Assembly: GCA_963667175.2 (NCBI GenBank)
Contig: CAXXXF010000012.1
Location: 160,001 to 224,000 of the forward strand
DNA from: Candidatus Latescibacterota bacterium
GTDB taxonomy: Bacteria > Latescibacterota > UBA2968 > GCA-2709665
DNA length: 64,000 nt
Reading direction: 5' to 3'
Below are positions 27,236 through 38,350 of the stretch, piece by piece. Each line of letters starts with the position of its first letter. The first letter of the stretch is position 1. Both the position numbers and the translations under genes were made by a program. The notes below the pieces were generated by a model that was given only the letters and a program-made list of their open reading frames with translations, was not told the DNA's origin and did not search any database.

Positions 27236-28864
27236 ATGGATCTCCATCTGGCGGCGGCTGGCGTTACCTGGCAACTCGTGGCCTTCTGCGGCCTTTCTCT
27301 TTCTGTCGGATGGGGCATTCGCGGTAACTTCGGCCACGAATACGGAGCGGCCATACCCGGTGCGCTGGCGGCCATTGCGGCCGTTCTGGTATCCGGCCGT
27401 TCCGACTGGCTTGCGAACGTTCACTACTTCGCCATGTTCGGCGCGCTCGGCTGGTCTTTCGGTGGAAGCATGTCATATATGGGCGTGGTTGGATACACGC
27501 ACTCGGGCCACCCGCCTTCCGTCCTGTACGGATTCGCCAACCTCTTCGTCATCGGCTTCCTGTGGGCGTTTTTGGGCGGGGCGGGAACCGCGCTTCCCGT
27601 GTTCTTCACCGGAGACCGGCTTGCCCTCTTCTTTGCCCCTCTGGCCGCGATCTTTACGGGGTGGGCGCTGCAGTCGGTCGTGGTCGACCTGCTTTTTTCG
27701 GGTGGCGGCCAATCAGGCAGGGCCGCTCTTTCCTGGTACGATACCGACTGGCTTGCGAACCTGGTGGCGATGGCCGCCGGCATCATCGTGTCTCTCTTCC
27801 GCGGCGGCTTCGATATTGCCACGTCGCTTGTGATCCACATGACCATCGGGTGGTTCGTGTCCTTCCTGGTGCTTGTCGTCGTCCTCAAGCTCCGGATGAC
27901 CCCGCCCAGGGGCGACAACTGGGCCGGGTGTGTCGGCCTTGCCGCCGGTCTGCTGATCTACTGCTGGCAGTACGACCTCTACGGTCCGGCTTTTGCAGGA
28001 CTGATCACGGGATTCATCGGCGGCATCGGCTTCGGGCTGGGCCAGTTCCTGAAGCTGCTGAACATTCGCACCGGTTTACAGACCAACTGGCACAGTGTCA
28101 TGGAGCAGACCCAGGGGCTTTTGTTCGGCATTGCCATCGCCGTCTGCATGGGGCTGTTATCGACCGTCGCGCCTGCCGGCTCGAATGCCGGCCCGCCGCC
28201 CGGGTGGACCGGGATGTTCGCGACCGGATTCGTCCTGGTGGGACTCACCTATCTCAATCACAGAAAGGCGCCGTTGAACTGGGTGGATAAAGTGGCGTCG
28301 CTGTCGAAGAGGCCCTACGGCCTGCCGGTTGCGGGCTGGTTCGTGCGGTCGAAGGGGTGGATCGGCTGGCTTGAACTGGTATACATTGCCATCGGTATCG
28401 CCCTGTTCTGGCTGATGCACGCGCACCGCTCTCAGCCGCTTTCATTCATTCCCGATACCTGGACGGGTACGGGCCAGCTCCTCTATCTGGTCTTCCTGTG
28501 GTGGGTCGTCAACTTCAACTTCGCACTGAAGATCGTCGAATTCACACCGCGGCGTCTGGTCACCGAGGGCGTGATTACATTCAACGCCGTCATCTGCACC
28601 ATTCTCGCGGCGCTTGTCGTCCAGACCGACGCGTTTCATCAACCCCTTTTTCTGTCCGCGGGCAGCTTCGCCGCGTGGATCGGATACACAACAAGCGTCG
28701 GTCTGGCGGCAACAGTCGCCTTTACGTTGTCAGAATGGGGACTTACCCACGCCCTGTTCGGCAGACGCCATATCCCATTCGCCTTCCGACACATCCGCTT
28801 TGGACCCGACGCCACGACCCGGGAGGAAGTGACTGCAGCCGGAGAACCGTGGAAACGAACATAG
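27236..28864 (+). CDS. Polytopic membrane protein of unknown function
   Basis: Many hydrophobic helices; GWGIRGNFGHEYGA, FGGSMSY and RGDNW motifs; tight operon spacing. Confidence 0.75.
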   Translation: MDLHLAAAGVTWQLVAFCGLSLSVGWGIRGNFGHEYGAAIPGALAAIAAVLVSGRSDWLANVHYFAMFGALGWSFGGSMSYMGVVGYTHSGHPPSVLYGFANLFVIGFLWAFLGGAGTALPVFFTGDRLALFFAPLAAIFTGWALQSVVVDLLFSGGGQSGRAALSWYDTDWLANLVAMAAGIIVSLFRGGFDIATSLVIHMTIGWFVSFLVLVVVLKLRMTPPRGDNWAGCVGLAAGLLIYCWQYDLYGPAFAGLITGFIGGIGFGLGQFLKLLNIRTGLQTNWHSVMEQTQGLLFGIAIAVCMGLLSTVAPAGSNAGPPPGWTGMFATGFVLVGLTYLNHRKAPLNWVDKVASLSKRPYGLPVAGWFVRSKGWIGWLELVYIAIGIALFWLMHAHRSQPLSFIPDTWTGTGQLLYLVFLWWVVNFNFALKIVEFTPRRLVTEGVITFNAVICTILAALVVQTDAFHQPLFLSAGSFAAWIGYTTSVGLAATVAFTLSEWGLTHALFGRRHIPFAFRHIRFGPDATTREEVTAAGEPWKRT

Positions 28865-28990
28865 CAGCTCGAATTCGATCCAGGACGGCCAGTACCTTAC
28901 TAAGTCGTTCCATGCCGGGCATCCGAACCACGGGCACCGGTCCTTCCCGGACACCTGACGTTCCCCGAAAACATCTCTGCACAAGGAACC

Positions 28991-31348
28991 GTGACCGTGA
29001 AAATTGCCGTCACAGAGGGCGTGTATTCGAACGACAGTTACGAACCCAATCTGTGCACCCTGCCGGACGGCAACATCTGCTGGGCGGCCTGGGCGGCTTA
29101 CGCGGCCGAGGGGTCGAGGGTTTTCGCTCGACAGTTCGCCGGAGAGACCGCGGGTCCGATTGAGCCGATATCCACGAACGACGCCATGCAGACCCGTCCC
29201 ATCTGTATACCCGACGGGAATGAAGTGGTATTCGTCTGGCTGGAAAAGACAGGCCGTCAATACGCGTTCAGAACCCGCAGGCGGGATGGAAATTCGTTCA
29301 GTCCCTGCCGGACCTGCCTGACTCTGCCTGCGTCGGCGAAAGTCTGGGAGCCTCAGGCCCTCCTCGACGAAACCGGCGCCCTGTGGATCTGCTGGGCGCA
29401 ATCCGTCAGGGAAGGCGGCAGCATCGAGATATCGAGAACACTCGCTGACGGCACAACCGCGACCTGGTCGATTCGAAACGGAGGACGCTACAATTACCGG
29501 CCCAGAATGGTCGAATGGGGGCCGGAAGGCATCTATATCGTCTGGGACAGCTACGTGGAACGCACCTACGACATATTCGGCTGCGCTGTCGATCCCTCTG
29601 GCCCGCGGAAAGTGGTCCGGATCAGCACCGACGAGGAGTGGGAGAACCGGTCGACGCTCTGCAGGGACACGGGAGGTTCACTCTGGACGGTGTGGGTGCG
29701 CGGCGTGGACGTCATGTACAGGGACAGCACCCTCCAGCAGAAGTACTCCCTGCGTGGCGCCCGCCTGGACGGCCTGTCCTGGGAGCCGGTTTCCGGTGCC
29801 GAAGGAGGGACGGAGATCGCCCCGCTGCACTACGGGCTGCTGACCGAGTTTCCGAAACCGCCCAACCTGGGGCACATGGGCAGGCGGCTTTTCCCCATCG
29901 TCAAAGGGGCGGAATCCGGCGGCGTGTGGCTCTTCTACGAGGTCAAGGCCGACAGCGAACAGGGCACGCTCACTTCCACGGGCCGCCTCTTCGGCCAACC
30001 CTGCGTCGACGGCGTCTGGTCGGATCCTCGCACTGTCGCCGAAGGAAACGTCTTCTATGAGCTTCCCCACAACGGCACGGTCGGTACCGGGGTTCACCTG
30101 ATGTCACAGGACATGATTACGGATGAGCGGTACCTGGAAACGGCGCGCCTCAGCCCCGATCTCCCTACCGTGCCCCGTGAATACCGTCGTATCGACCTGA
30201 CCGAATGGAAAGAAGTCCGGCTTCCGTTCGAAGAGCGGCGGCGCACGGACCGGCCCGGCAACGAACTGCCCGGCGCGGAACGCGGCAAGTACCGCCTCTT
30301 CTGGGTGGACCTGCACTGCCACTCGGCGGCATCCATCGAAGTGGAGGGCGAGCCGGATGAGCTGGGTCACTACGCCCGTGACAAGGCGCAGATAGACGGA
30401 CTGACCGTTTCCGACAACGACAGCTTCTGGAATCTACCCACGCGCCGGAACGTGCGGCACCTGAAGGACTATGAGTGGGACTACGTGAAGGGCAACGCCA
30501 TGGTCCTGAATGATCCGGGGCAATTCGCCATGTTTCCCGGCTACGAAATGACCATCACCGACCGGGTGGACTCCGGCCGGGATCACCGGTCCGTGATGTC
30601 GGACGACGACGACATGGAGATGGACCTGCTGCACTTCAAGTACAAAGACGCTCACACGAAGGGCGAGCGGCATACCCACAAGGACACCCGGGAGTGCCTC
30701 GCCTGGTTCAAGGAAAAGGGCTACCTGCCTCTCCCCCATCCCCACAACGGGAAATGGAATCTCTACGACACGGACGTCGAATGGGGCGTCGACGTATGCG
30801 CCGGCTGGATGATCAACATCGACCTGTACGACATCTATTTCAAATATCTGAACGCGGGTCACAGATTTGCCTTCACCGGCAGCGGCGACAGCCACCACCG
30901 CAATCCGGGCCTGAGCGGCGCGCTCACCGGCATCTGGGCCGATCGGCTGGATCGCGACGCTCTACTTGAAGCGATCAGGGCCAGGCGTTGTTACGCGACG
31001 GCCGGCCAGCAGATCCTGATCGAATTCACGATCAACGATCGGATGATGGGCAGTTCGCTGCTCGTCAGGGACGACCCGGTGCTGAAGTGGCGCGTCGTGG
31101 GCGAAGCCGGCCGGGAATACATCCTGCGCATCCACCGGGACGGGCGTCTGATGCACGACGACAGGTTCATCGGCCGGACCCGGGGAGAGCGAACGGAATT
31201 CCGGTTGCGCCGGTACCGCCCGGGAAGGCACTACTACCACCTCGAAGTCCTGTCGCCCGAACCCATCCCCCAATACCCCAACAACGTCGCGCACGCCAGG
31301 GGCGCGAAGGGATGGAGCACACCCATCTGGGTGGAGACGTCGGATTGA
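28991..31348 (+). CDS. Beta-propeller + PHP-type (CehA/McbA or DUF3604-like) metallohydrolase
   Basis: FWVDLHCHS, PGYE, GSGDSHH, GALTGIWA...EAIRARRCYAT, WSTPIWV. Confidence 0.75.
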   Translation: MTVKIAVTEGVYSNDSYEPNLCTLPDGNICWAAWAAYAAEGSRVFARQFAGETAGPIEPISTNDAMQTRPICIPDGNEVVFVWLEKTGRQYAFRTRRRDGNSFSPCRTCLTLPASAKVWEPQALLDETGALWICWAQSVREGGSIEISRTLADGTTATWSIRNGGRYNYRPRMVEWGPEGIYIVWDSYVERTYDIFGCAVDPSGPRKVVRISTDEEWENRSTLCRDTGGSLWTVWVRGVDVMYRDSTLQQKYSLRGARLDGLSWEPVSGAEGGTEIAPLHYGLLTEFPKPPNLGHMGRRLFPIVKGAESGGVWLFYEVKADSEQGTLTSTGRLFGQPCVDGVWSDPRTVAEGNVFYELPHNGTVGTGVHLMSQDMITDERYLETARLSPDLPTVPREYRRIDLTEWKEVRLPFEERRRTDRPGNELPGAERGKYRLFWVDLHCHSAASIEVEGEPDELGHYARDKAQIDGLTVSDNDSFWNLPTRRNVRHLKDYEWDYVKGNAMVLNDPGQFAMFPGYEMTITDRVDSGRDHRSVMSDDDDMEMDLLHFKYKDAHTKGERHTHKDTRECLAWFKEKGYLPLPHPHNGKWNLYDTDVEWGVDVCAGWMINIDLYDIYFKYLNAGHRFAFTGSGDSHHRNPGLSGALTGIWADRLDRDALLEAIRARRCYATAGQQILIEFTINDRMMGSSLLVRDDPVLKWRVVGEAGREYILRIHRDGRLMHDDRFIGRTRGERTEFRLRRYRPGRHYYHLEVLSPEPIPQYPNNVAHARGAKGWSTPIWVETSD

Positions 31349-31385
31349 CCGCCCACTTGGCTCCCTCGGGGAGCCTGTACACGAC

Positions 31386-31416
31386 AAAAAAGGGCGGCCG
31401 CGACCGGTTGCCCTTC
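31386..31416. terminator. Probable intrinsic terminator between convergent genes
   Basis: aaaaaagggcggccg-cgac-cggttgccctt. Confidence 0.6.
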
Positions 31417-31440
31417 TGGACTTCGCATCTGTCCGGATCC

Positions 31441-32784
31441 CTAACGCGTCCAGTTCAAATACAGGTTGACCGCGGTAAAGTTCACGATCGCCCAGATCGT
31501 CAGCAGCAATCCGAGTTCCGTCCAGACGGACATCCGTTCCGCGTCCGCGGCGCGCATCGCCAGGTGCACCACGCCGTAGGCCATCGGAATCAGCAGCAGG
31601 TTGTTGGCATTGGCCCCGATCAGCACCAGGGCCAGCGGCGTATCGGGAGTTGCAATGGTCACACAGAGCCACAGAAACGGAAACGCGATCTGCAATGCCC
31701 TCAGCAGCCGAAGCCGGCCGTCCTCGTGATCGAGACTGGCGACGCCCGTCTGCCTCAGAAAATCCACGCTGATGCGCCCCGAACTGGCGGTAAAGACGAG
31801 CAACGTGGAAAACAGCGTGCAGAACGCGCCGAACATGAACACGTTCTTGGTCCACGGTCCGATGCTGCGGGTAAAGATCAGCGATACCTGCTCGACGACC
31901 TCCATGCCCTGGGGAACCACGTTCAGTTTCTTGAGGATCGAGGCCCCGAGCAGATAGTAGGCGCACGTAATCACCAATGCGATACCCGTACAGACCAGCG
32001 CGTCGGTTTTCAGCACCCGCATCCAGCCCCGATAGCGCGCCCGCCATTCGGGCGTATCCTCACGGGGCCCGACGAAATCCGCATACCCCTTCTCCCTCAC
32101 CCAGTAGGGATACATAAACAACTCCACCGCCGTCGCGCCCACAGACCCCATCACAGCCAATGCCACGAAGGCCCCCTCCGCCGGCAAGGCGAAGCGAAAC
32201 CCTGACAATACCTCGTCGCCGCCCACGGCGTAGGGCGTTGCCTGCATCGCCGCGACGGACCCGATAACGACCAGACTGAAGCCCGCAACCAGTACGGTGA
32301 TCATGCGTTCGAGGTCGGCGTACAGACCCCGGTACAGCAGAATCGAGATGGCCGCGAATACCAGAACGGCCCAAACGTTGTACGGGACCCCGGGAAGGAG
32401 GGTCACCATCAGTCCGGCCACCGACCCCAGGATGCCGATCACGGCGATCATCACCGAGAAGTATCCCAGCACGCACAACCATGCCGCCCACGAGGTATTC
32501 GCCAGCCGCATTCCGGGCACGCGATCCAGCACCTGTATCGTCGTACTGTTGCGCAGAACGCACTGGCGCCCGAGTTCAAGCTGGATGAAGAACTTGACCA
32601 GACAGGCCAGGATCACCCCCCAGAGGAACACGAAGCCCACCTCGGCGCCCATGCGCGTGGTAACCAGCAACTCGCCGGATCCAACCACCGACCCCGACAC
32701 AACCATGCCCGGACCGATATTTCGGAGCAATCCTCCGATGCCCCTCGGCGCCTCGCGCACCGACCGCTCGGTCGCATTCGCCAT
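31441..32784 (-). CDS. Nramp/YcsG-like APC superfamily transporter
   Basis: IGPGMVVSGSVVGSGEL, YPYWVREKGY, ~11 TM segments. Confidence 0.82.
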   Translation of the reverse strand: MANATERSVREAPRGIGGLLRNIGPGMVVSGSVVGSGELLVTTRMGAEVGFVFLWGVILACLVKFFIQLELGRQCVLRNSTTIQVLDRVPGMRLANTSWAAWLCVLGYFSVMIAVIGILGSVAGLMVTLLPGVPYNVWAVLVFAAISILLYRGLYADLERMITVLVAGFSLVVIGSVAAMQATPYAVGGDEVLSGFRFALPAEGAFVALAVMGSVGATAVELFMYPYWVREKGYADFVGPREDTPEWRARYRGWMRVLKTDALVCTGIALVITCAYYLLGASILKKLNVVPQGMEVVEQVSLIFTRSIGPWTKNVFMFGAFCTLFSTLLVFTASSGRISVDFLRQTGVASLDHEDGRLRLLRALQIAFPFLWLCVTIATPDTPLALVLIGANANNLLLIPMAYGVVHLAMRAADAERMSVWTELGLLLTIWAIVNFTAVNLYLNWTR

Positions 32785-32863
32785 CGTCAGTCCTCGCGAC
32801 GTCAACCGACACTGCAACGTTCATGCGGGGTGAAACAGCCAGGCCCCGAACGTGCGCTGAACG

Positions 32864-34198
32864 CTAGTACACCGGCAGATAGCGTTCCCGCTCCCACTGG
32901 TCGACGTGCAGATGGTATTCCGCCCACTCTTCGCGTTTCACCTGCACGTAGTAGTCGGCATATTCCGTTCCGAGCGCTTCCCGAAGCACGTCGTCGGACG
33001 CCAGGTGGTCGGCCGCCTCGGCCAGAGTCCCCGGCAGCAGATCGATGCCCCGCGCTTCCAACTCGCTCTCGGACACCTCGTAGAGGTTGCCCTCGTTGCG
33101 TTCGCCCGGATCCATGCGGTTTTCGATGCCGTCGAGCCCCGCCGCCAGCATCGCCGCGGCCGTCAGATAGGGATTGGCCGCCCCGTCGATCGCCCGATTC
33201 TCGATACGGCCCGCGTCCGGGATGCGGACCATCTGCGTCCGGTTCGATCCGCCGTAGGTGATGCAGATCGGCGCCCAGGACGCGCCGGACCGGGGCGCGC
33301 CCCTCGTGAGGCGCTTGTAGCTGTTCACGAGCGGCGCGGAAACGGCCGAAATCGCCTTGGCGTGGTTGAGGATGCCCGCCATGAACCAGTAGGCTTCCCT
33401 CGACAGTCCGTTTTCGTCCGCCTCGTCTAGGAACAGATTCGTCCTGTTCTCCGGATCCCACAGGCTCATGTGATAATGCGCTCCGCTGCCGGTGAGATGA
33501 GAAAACGGCTTCGGCATAAACGTCGCATGGTATCCGTGACGCTCCGCGTTCACCTTCACCATCCACCTGAAAAACGTCTGGCGGTCGGCGGTCGTCAGCG
33601 CGTCGGAATAGGTCCAGTTGATCTCGAACTGGCAATTGGCGTCTTCGTGGTCGTTGGCATAGGGTTCCCAACCCAGATCCTGCATATATCCGATCAGCGT
33701 GGTCATCACGTCCAGGTTGCGATGCAGGGTGACGAGATCGTAACAGGGCTTCTCCAGCGTGTCCATCGGATCGGCCAGCGAGTAATTGCCCATTTCGTCC
33801 TTTTTCAGGAGAATGAACTCCGCTTCCACGCCCAGATTCAATCGGTATCCCTTTGTCTCCGCCTTCTCGAGCTGGCGCTGCAGAATCGTCCGGGGACAAT
33901 ATCCGAAGGGTTCCCCTTCGACCTGAATGTTACCCGCCACCCACGCCGTATTCTTTCGCCAGGGCAACACGGTCATCGAATTGAAATCCGGTATGTTCAT
34001 CATATCGGAATCGTGCGGTCCCTGCCCCATATTGCCCGCCGCGAACCCCGCGAACCCCGCGCCCTCCGAGGCCATGTCGTCAAGGTGCGTGACAGGCACG
34101 ACCTTGGCCTTCGGCATCCCGCTCATCTCCACAAACGAACACAGAAAGAAGTCGATTCCATTTCTCTCTACGTATTCTTTAACCTGGTCCAGCGTCAT
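32864..34198 (-). CDS. glnT: GlnT-type glutamine synthetase / gamma-glutamylmethylamide synthetase (GmaS)
   Basis: GAGFAGFA, DHEDANCQFEIN, ATFMPKPF, NRTQMVRIP, DGAANPYL; methylamine-cluster context. Confidence 0.9.
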   Translation of the reverse strand: MTLDQVKEYVERNGIDFFLCSFVEMSGMPKAKVVPVTHLDDMASEGAGFAGFAAGNMGQGPHDSDMMNIPDFNSMTVLPWRKNTAWVAGNIQVEGEPFGYCPRTILQRQLEKAETKGYRLNLGVEAEFILLKKDEMGNYSLADPMDTLEKPCYDLVTLHRNLDVMTTLIGYMQDLGWEPYANDHEDANCQFEINWTYSDALTTADRQTFFRWMVKVNAERHGYHATFMPKPFSHLTGSGAHYHMSLWDPENRTNLFLDEADENGLSREAYWFMAGILNHAKAISAVSAPLVNSYKRLTRGAPRSGASWAPICITYGGSNRTQMVRIPDAGRIENRAIDGAANPYLTAAAMLAAGLDGIENRMDPGERNEGNLYEVSESELEARGIDLLPGTLAEAADHLASDDVLREALGTEYADYYVQVKREEWAEYHLHVDQWERERYLPVY

Positions 34199-34225
34199 CG
34201 CGAATTCTCCCCCGGAAAATCATCG

Positions 34226-34456
34226 TTAGGAATCCTTGCCCTCGTCTTCCGTTTCCGATGCGGAAGGACCGGCTTCCGCTAACTGATCCAGTTCGTCCCG
34301 ATAGACCGCGTTCTCGTGTTTCATCTGCCAGACCGTGTACGCGAGCCACAGGACAACACAAACCACGAAGAGAGGGACCTCGTACCCGACGAAGGGATAC
34401 ATGGGACCCACGTCAGCCGGATTTCCCGTCCACGTGTCTACCAAACCCGTTCTCAT
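34226..34456 (-). CDS. Small single-TM protein
   Basis: 76 aa, GPMYPFVGYE then one TM helix; GGAGG RBS. Confidence 0.7.
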   Translation of the reverse strand: MRTGLVDTWTGNPADVGPMYPFVGYEVPLFVVCVVLWLAYTVWQMKHENAVYRDELDQLAEAGPSASETEDEGKDS

Positions 34457-34601
34457 CTGCCACCTCCTTGACCGATCGTGTGTATGAAAATCAGTTGTCC
34501 CGCTCGGAATCTTGAACAGTACGTCTCAGACCCCGAAATATCGAATTCCCGGAAGCGCGGTTCGCTGGAATCGGCACGCTCGACGGATCGCGGCCCCGAC
34601 G

Positions 34602-36287
34602 TCAGAACAGCCCCACGGTCTGTCCGGCTTCATCGTAGTCGATCGCCTCGGCTGAAGGTTTTCGGGGGAGCCCCGGCATTGTCATGACGTCGCCGGTGTA
34701 CACCACCACGAAACCGGCCCCGGCAGACACCCGCACGTCGCGGATGGGCACGTTGAAGCCTCTCGGTCTGCCCTTCAGTCCCGGATCGGTCGAGAGCGAA
34801 TACTGGGTCTTGGCCATACATACCGGAAACCTTCCGTACCCCGCTTCCTCGAGCTTTCCGAACCGGGCTCTCAGACGTTTGTCCCCCATGATATCGTCGG
34901 CGCCGTAGATTTCCCGGGCCACGATCCTGGCCTTGTCCCACAACCGCAGGCTATCGGGATACAGAAGGTTGAAATCGGCAGGCGCCGTTTCCGCGGCTTC
35001 GACCACCGTTCGAGCAAGCGCTTCGGCGCCGGCCCCTCCCGCGGCCCAGTGTTCCGCAGGAACGATCGGCAGGTCCATGTCGGCGCACCTGTCCCGGATC
35101 AATGCGACCTCACGGGTGGTGTCGGAAAGAAACCGGTTCACGGCGACGACCGCCGGCAGACCGAAGCGCCGGATATTCTCAATATGCTTCCTGAGGTTTA
35201 CGAGCCCTTTCTCCACCGCGGCCGGATCGGGGTCCGCCAGCCTCCTGAGCGACGTCCCTCCATGGTATTTCAGCCCCCGGACGGTTGCCACGAGCACCAC
35301 TACGTCCGGGCGGATGCCGGCCTGCCGGCACTTGATGTTCAGAAATTTCTCCGCGCCGAGGTCCGCGCCGAATCCGGCTTCGGTCACGGTGTATTCCCCC
35401 AGACGCATCGCCAACTTCGTCGCGATCACCGAATTGCATCCGTGCGCGATATTGGCGAACGGACCCCCGTGGACGATCGCCGGGTTGTTCTCGAGCGTCT
35501 GGACCAGATTCGGTTTCAACGCGTCCTTCAACAGCACGGCCATCGCTCCGTGCACATTGAGATCTGCCGCCGTGACCGGTTCGTTGGCCCGTGTGCGCGC
35601 AACGACAATTCGACCCAGCCGCTCACGAAGCTCGTCGAGCGACTCGGACAGGCAGAAGATCGCCATCACTTCGGACGCGACCGTGATCTCAAACCCGGAT
35701 TCTCGAGGAAAGGAATTCCCCGTGCCCCCAAGACCGATGACGATGTCCCGCAACGCCCGGTCGTTCATATCCATGGCGCGCTTCCACAGGATGCGCCGGG
35801 GATCGATATCCAGCCTGTTCCGGTGATGAAGTTGGTTGTCGATTGCCGCGGCCAGCAGATTGTGGGCGACGCCGATGGCATGGATATCGCCCGTAAAGTG
35901 CAGGTTGATGTCCTCCATTGGCGCGACCTGCGAGGCCCCGCCGCCGGCAGCGCCTCCCTTCATGCCGAAACAGGGACCCAGAGAGGGCTCCCGGAGACAC
36001 ACGGCCGCGCGCTTGCCCAGCCGGTTCAGCGCGTCGCACAGACCCACGGTTGTGGTGGTCTTGCCCTCGCCGGAGGGCGTCGGATTGATCGCCGAGACCA
36101 GCACCAGTTTTCCGGTGGGATTTCCGGCCAGGCTGTCGCAGAAATCCAACGAAACCTTGGCCTTGTGCCTGCCATAGACCTCCAGTTGATCTTCCGGAAC
36201 GCCCAGCTTTCGCCCGACCTCGCCGACATGAAGCAAATCGGCCTGCCTCGCGATCTCGATATCCGGCAGTATCCCCTGTTCGCCCAT
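34602..36287 (-). CDS. fhs: Formate-tetrahydrofolate ligase
   Basis: [48 protein letters not shown]. Confidence 0.97.
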   Translation of the reverse strand: MGEQGILPDIEIARQADLLHVGEVGRKLGVPEDQLEVYGRHKAKVSLDFCDSLAGNPTGKLVLVSAINPTPSGEGKTTTTVGLCDALNRLGKRAAVCLREPSLGPCFGMKGGAAGGGASQVAPMEDINLHFTGDIHAIGVAHNLLAAAIDNQLHHRNRLDIDPRRILWKRAMDMNDRALRDIVIGLGGTGNSFPRESGFEITVASEVMAIFCLSESLDELRERLGRIVVARTRANEPVTAADLNVHGAMAVLLKDALKPNLVQTLENNPAIVHGGPFANIAHGCNSVIATKLAMRLGEYTVTEAGFGADLGAEKFLNIKCRQAGIRPDVVVLVATVRGLKYHGGTSLRRLADPDPAAVEKGLVNLRKHIENIRRFGLPAVVAVNRFLSDTTREVALIRDRCADMDLPIVPAEHWAAGGAGAEALARTVVEAAETAPADFNLLYPDSLRLWDKARIVAREIYGADDIMGDKRLRARFGKLEEAGYGRFPVCMAKTQYSLSTDPGLKGRPRGFNVPIRDVRVSAGAGFVVVYTGDVMTMPGLPRKPSAEAIDYDEAGQTVGLF

Positions 36288-36296
36288 CGATTCCCT

Positions 36297-37689
36297 TCAG
36301 TTTCCCCGCGCTTCGTCGACTTCCGCCTGAACGAGTTCGTTCGCGTCCGCCGTTTCGTTCTCGATGGTCGCGTGATCCAGACCCGCCAGCTCGATTCGCC
36401 CCGGAACGCGGAGAACGCCCAGCTTCTTGAGGATCGCGCCCACCACGTAACAGGGCAGAAAACCCAGCACGAAAAACATGATGACGGCGCCGAGCGTCTG
36501 ACCCCACGGCGTTATCGGGGCGTATTCGGGATTCGCGCCCGGATACCCCCACAGAACGAATCCCGCGACAATCACGCCGATGACCCCGGCATAGCCATGC
36601 ACCGCCACGGCGCCCACCGCATCGTCGATCCTGAAGCGGCGTTCGACCCAATTGTGCAGCTTGTACATGCAGAACGTGCCGAATGCGCCGATGAGAAGCG
36701 CCTGCATCGGATGATACAGGTCGTTGCCGGCCGACGCCGTGATGATACCGGCCAGTCCGCCCGAGAAGGTCCAGTAAGGATCGCCTTTGGACACGAAATA
36801 CCCCATGATCAATCCGCCGGCGAGAGACATCAGAAAGTTGAAGGTGATGGCGCTGAGCGTCGTGGGTGTCAGGTAAATCGTGGTGGCCGAGAAGAACGAC
36901 CTGCCGTCGGCCGCATCGACGTCCATAATGGGAACGTTGCAGGCCGCGTAGAAGCCCCAGAATCCGGTATAGATCAGAAACAGTCCGATAATGACCAGCC
37001 ACGTGTTCTGCGGCGGGAAATTCCTCGGAGAGCCGTCAGGCCTGAACCTGCCGATGCGCGGCCCGAGGTGATAGAGTATCGCCAGCGCGGAACCGCCGCT
37101 GATCGCGTGGATCACGCCGGACGCGTACGCGTCGTGATAACCCAGCAACTGCACCATCCAGCCGTCCGCGGACCATCCCCACGCCGCATCGATCACCCAG
37201 GTGACCGACCCCACCAGCACCGCAAAAATCCAGAACGCGCCGGATCGGATGCGTTCGATGACCGCCCCCGAAAGAATCGATCCCGCCGTCAACGAAAACA
37301 GAAGAAACGCCGCCCAGAACACGCCGTTCAACCGCGCCCAGAGTGCCGTATCATCCCCGGTCAAGCCCCCGGAGTGCGGCTTTCCCCCCATTATGCGTCC
37401 CCATCAGTTCATTCCACGGCGCCGCCCAGGCGGCTTGTATGAGTCCGCCCGTGATCCCGGGCCCGTTCTGGACCGCAAAGTAGATCCACCACCCGAAGAA
37501 ATAGAACGTGATGGTCACCAGAGGAATCAGCATCGCGTTCTTCATCAGGGTGTGCATCATATTCTTCCGCCTGGAGACGCCGACTTCATACAGACAGAAG
37601 CCGACGTGGATCAGGAACATGAGAACGATGCATATCCAGTAATAGAACTCCGTAAACACGACCGTCAATGCGCTGAGTTCGTTATCCAT
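36297..37689 (-). CDS. amt: Ammonium/methylammonium transporter (one apparent +1 frameshift near 37392)
   Basis: Two ORFs join: MFLIHVGFCLYE.. then SGAVIERI, HDAYASG, GPRIGRF, IDDAVGAVAVHG. Confidence 0.9.
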
Positions 37690-37742
37690 TCCACTCCTCC
37701 CTATTGTGCTTGAATACGCCGACAGGCATGCGACAGAAACCT

Positions 37743-38231
37743 TCAGACCTCCGCGGACCCTTCCGCCATCCGGCTATACTTCCCCCGGTAAAACAGCAGC
37801 GGACGACCCACGCCGGCGTCGCCCGCCACAATCTCACCAACGAAAATGTCGTGGTCGCCGGTCCGCAGCACCTCGATCAGCAGACACTCCACGTGGCCCA
37901 GCGCGTCCGCGAAGACGGGCGATCCCGTCCGGCCAGCGGAGGAAGCCACGTTCGAAAAGTCCTTCGGGCCCGGCCTGGCGAACTGTACGGAAAGCGCTTC
38001 CTGATCCTCGTTGAGGATATTCAATGCAAATTGCCGGCTGGCGGTCAGATGGGCGTGCATCTGCGCCCCCTTGTCCACGGCGACCATGACCAGGGGCGGG
38101 TCCAGCGACAGCGAGGTCACGGCATTGGCCGTCATCCCCCGGGACTCGCCTCCCGCAACCGTCGTCACGACGGTTACCCCGGTCGCGAAACAACCCATAA
38201 TCCGCCGTTGTTCCATCGGGTCGAACGCCAT
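37743..38231 (-). CDS. Flavin reductase (HpaC/DIM6-NTAB family)
   Basis: FATGVTVVT, GMTANAVTSLSLDPPL, GDHDIFVGE, PLLFYRG. Confidence 0.93.
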   Translation of the reverse strand: MAFDPMEQRRIMGCFATGVTVVTTVAGGESRGMTANAVTSLSLDPPLVMVAVDKGAQMHAHLTASRQFALNILNEDQEALSVQFARPGPKDFSNVASSAGRTGSPVFADALGHVECLLIEVLRTGDHDIFVGEIVAGDAGVGRPLLFYRGKYSRMAEGSAEV

Positions 38232-38350
38232 TCCGATACCCTCTCAATGGCCGCGGCGCAGGATTCGGCCTCGTCCGCCGCCGGACGTCCGGACGCTGTG
38301 AACCGGACCGCCGGGATACCCGTTGAAGCGTCCCAGGTTTCGCTTATCGA

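Noticed and set aside
35049-37442. 797-aa plus-strand ORF and similar long antisense ORFs (e.g. 4660-5652, 17345-18844, 25252-26892)
   Set aside because: Shadow ORFs opposite well-supported genes in high-GC DNA; Arg/Pro-rich with no motifs
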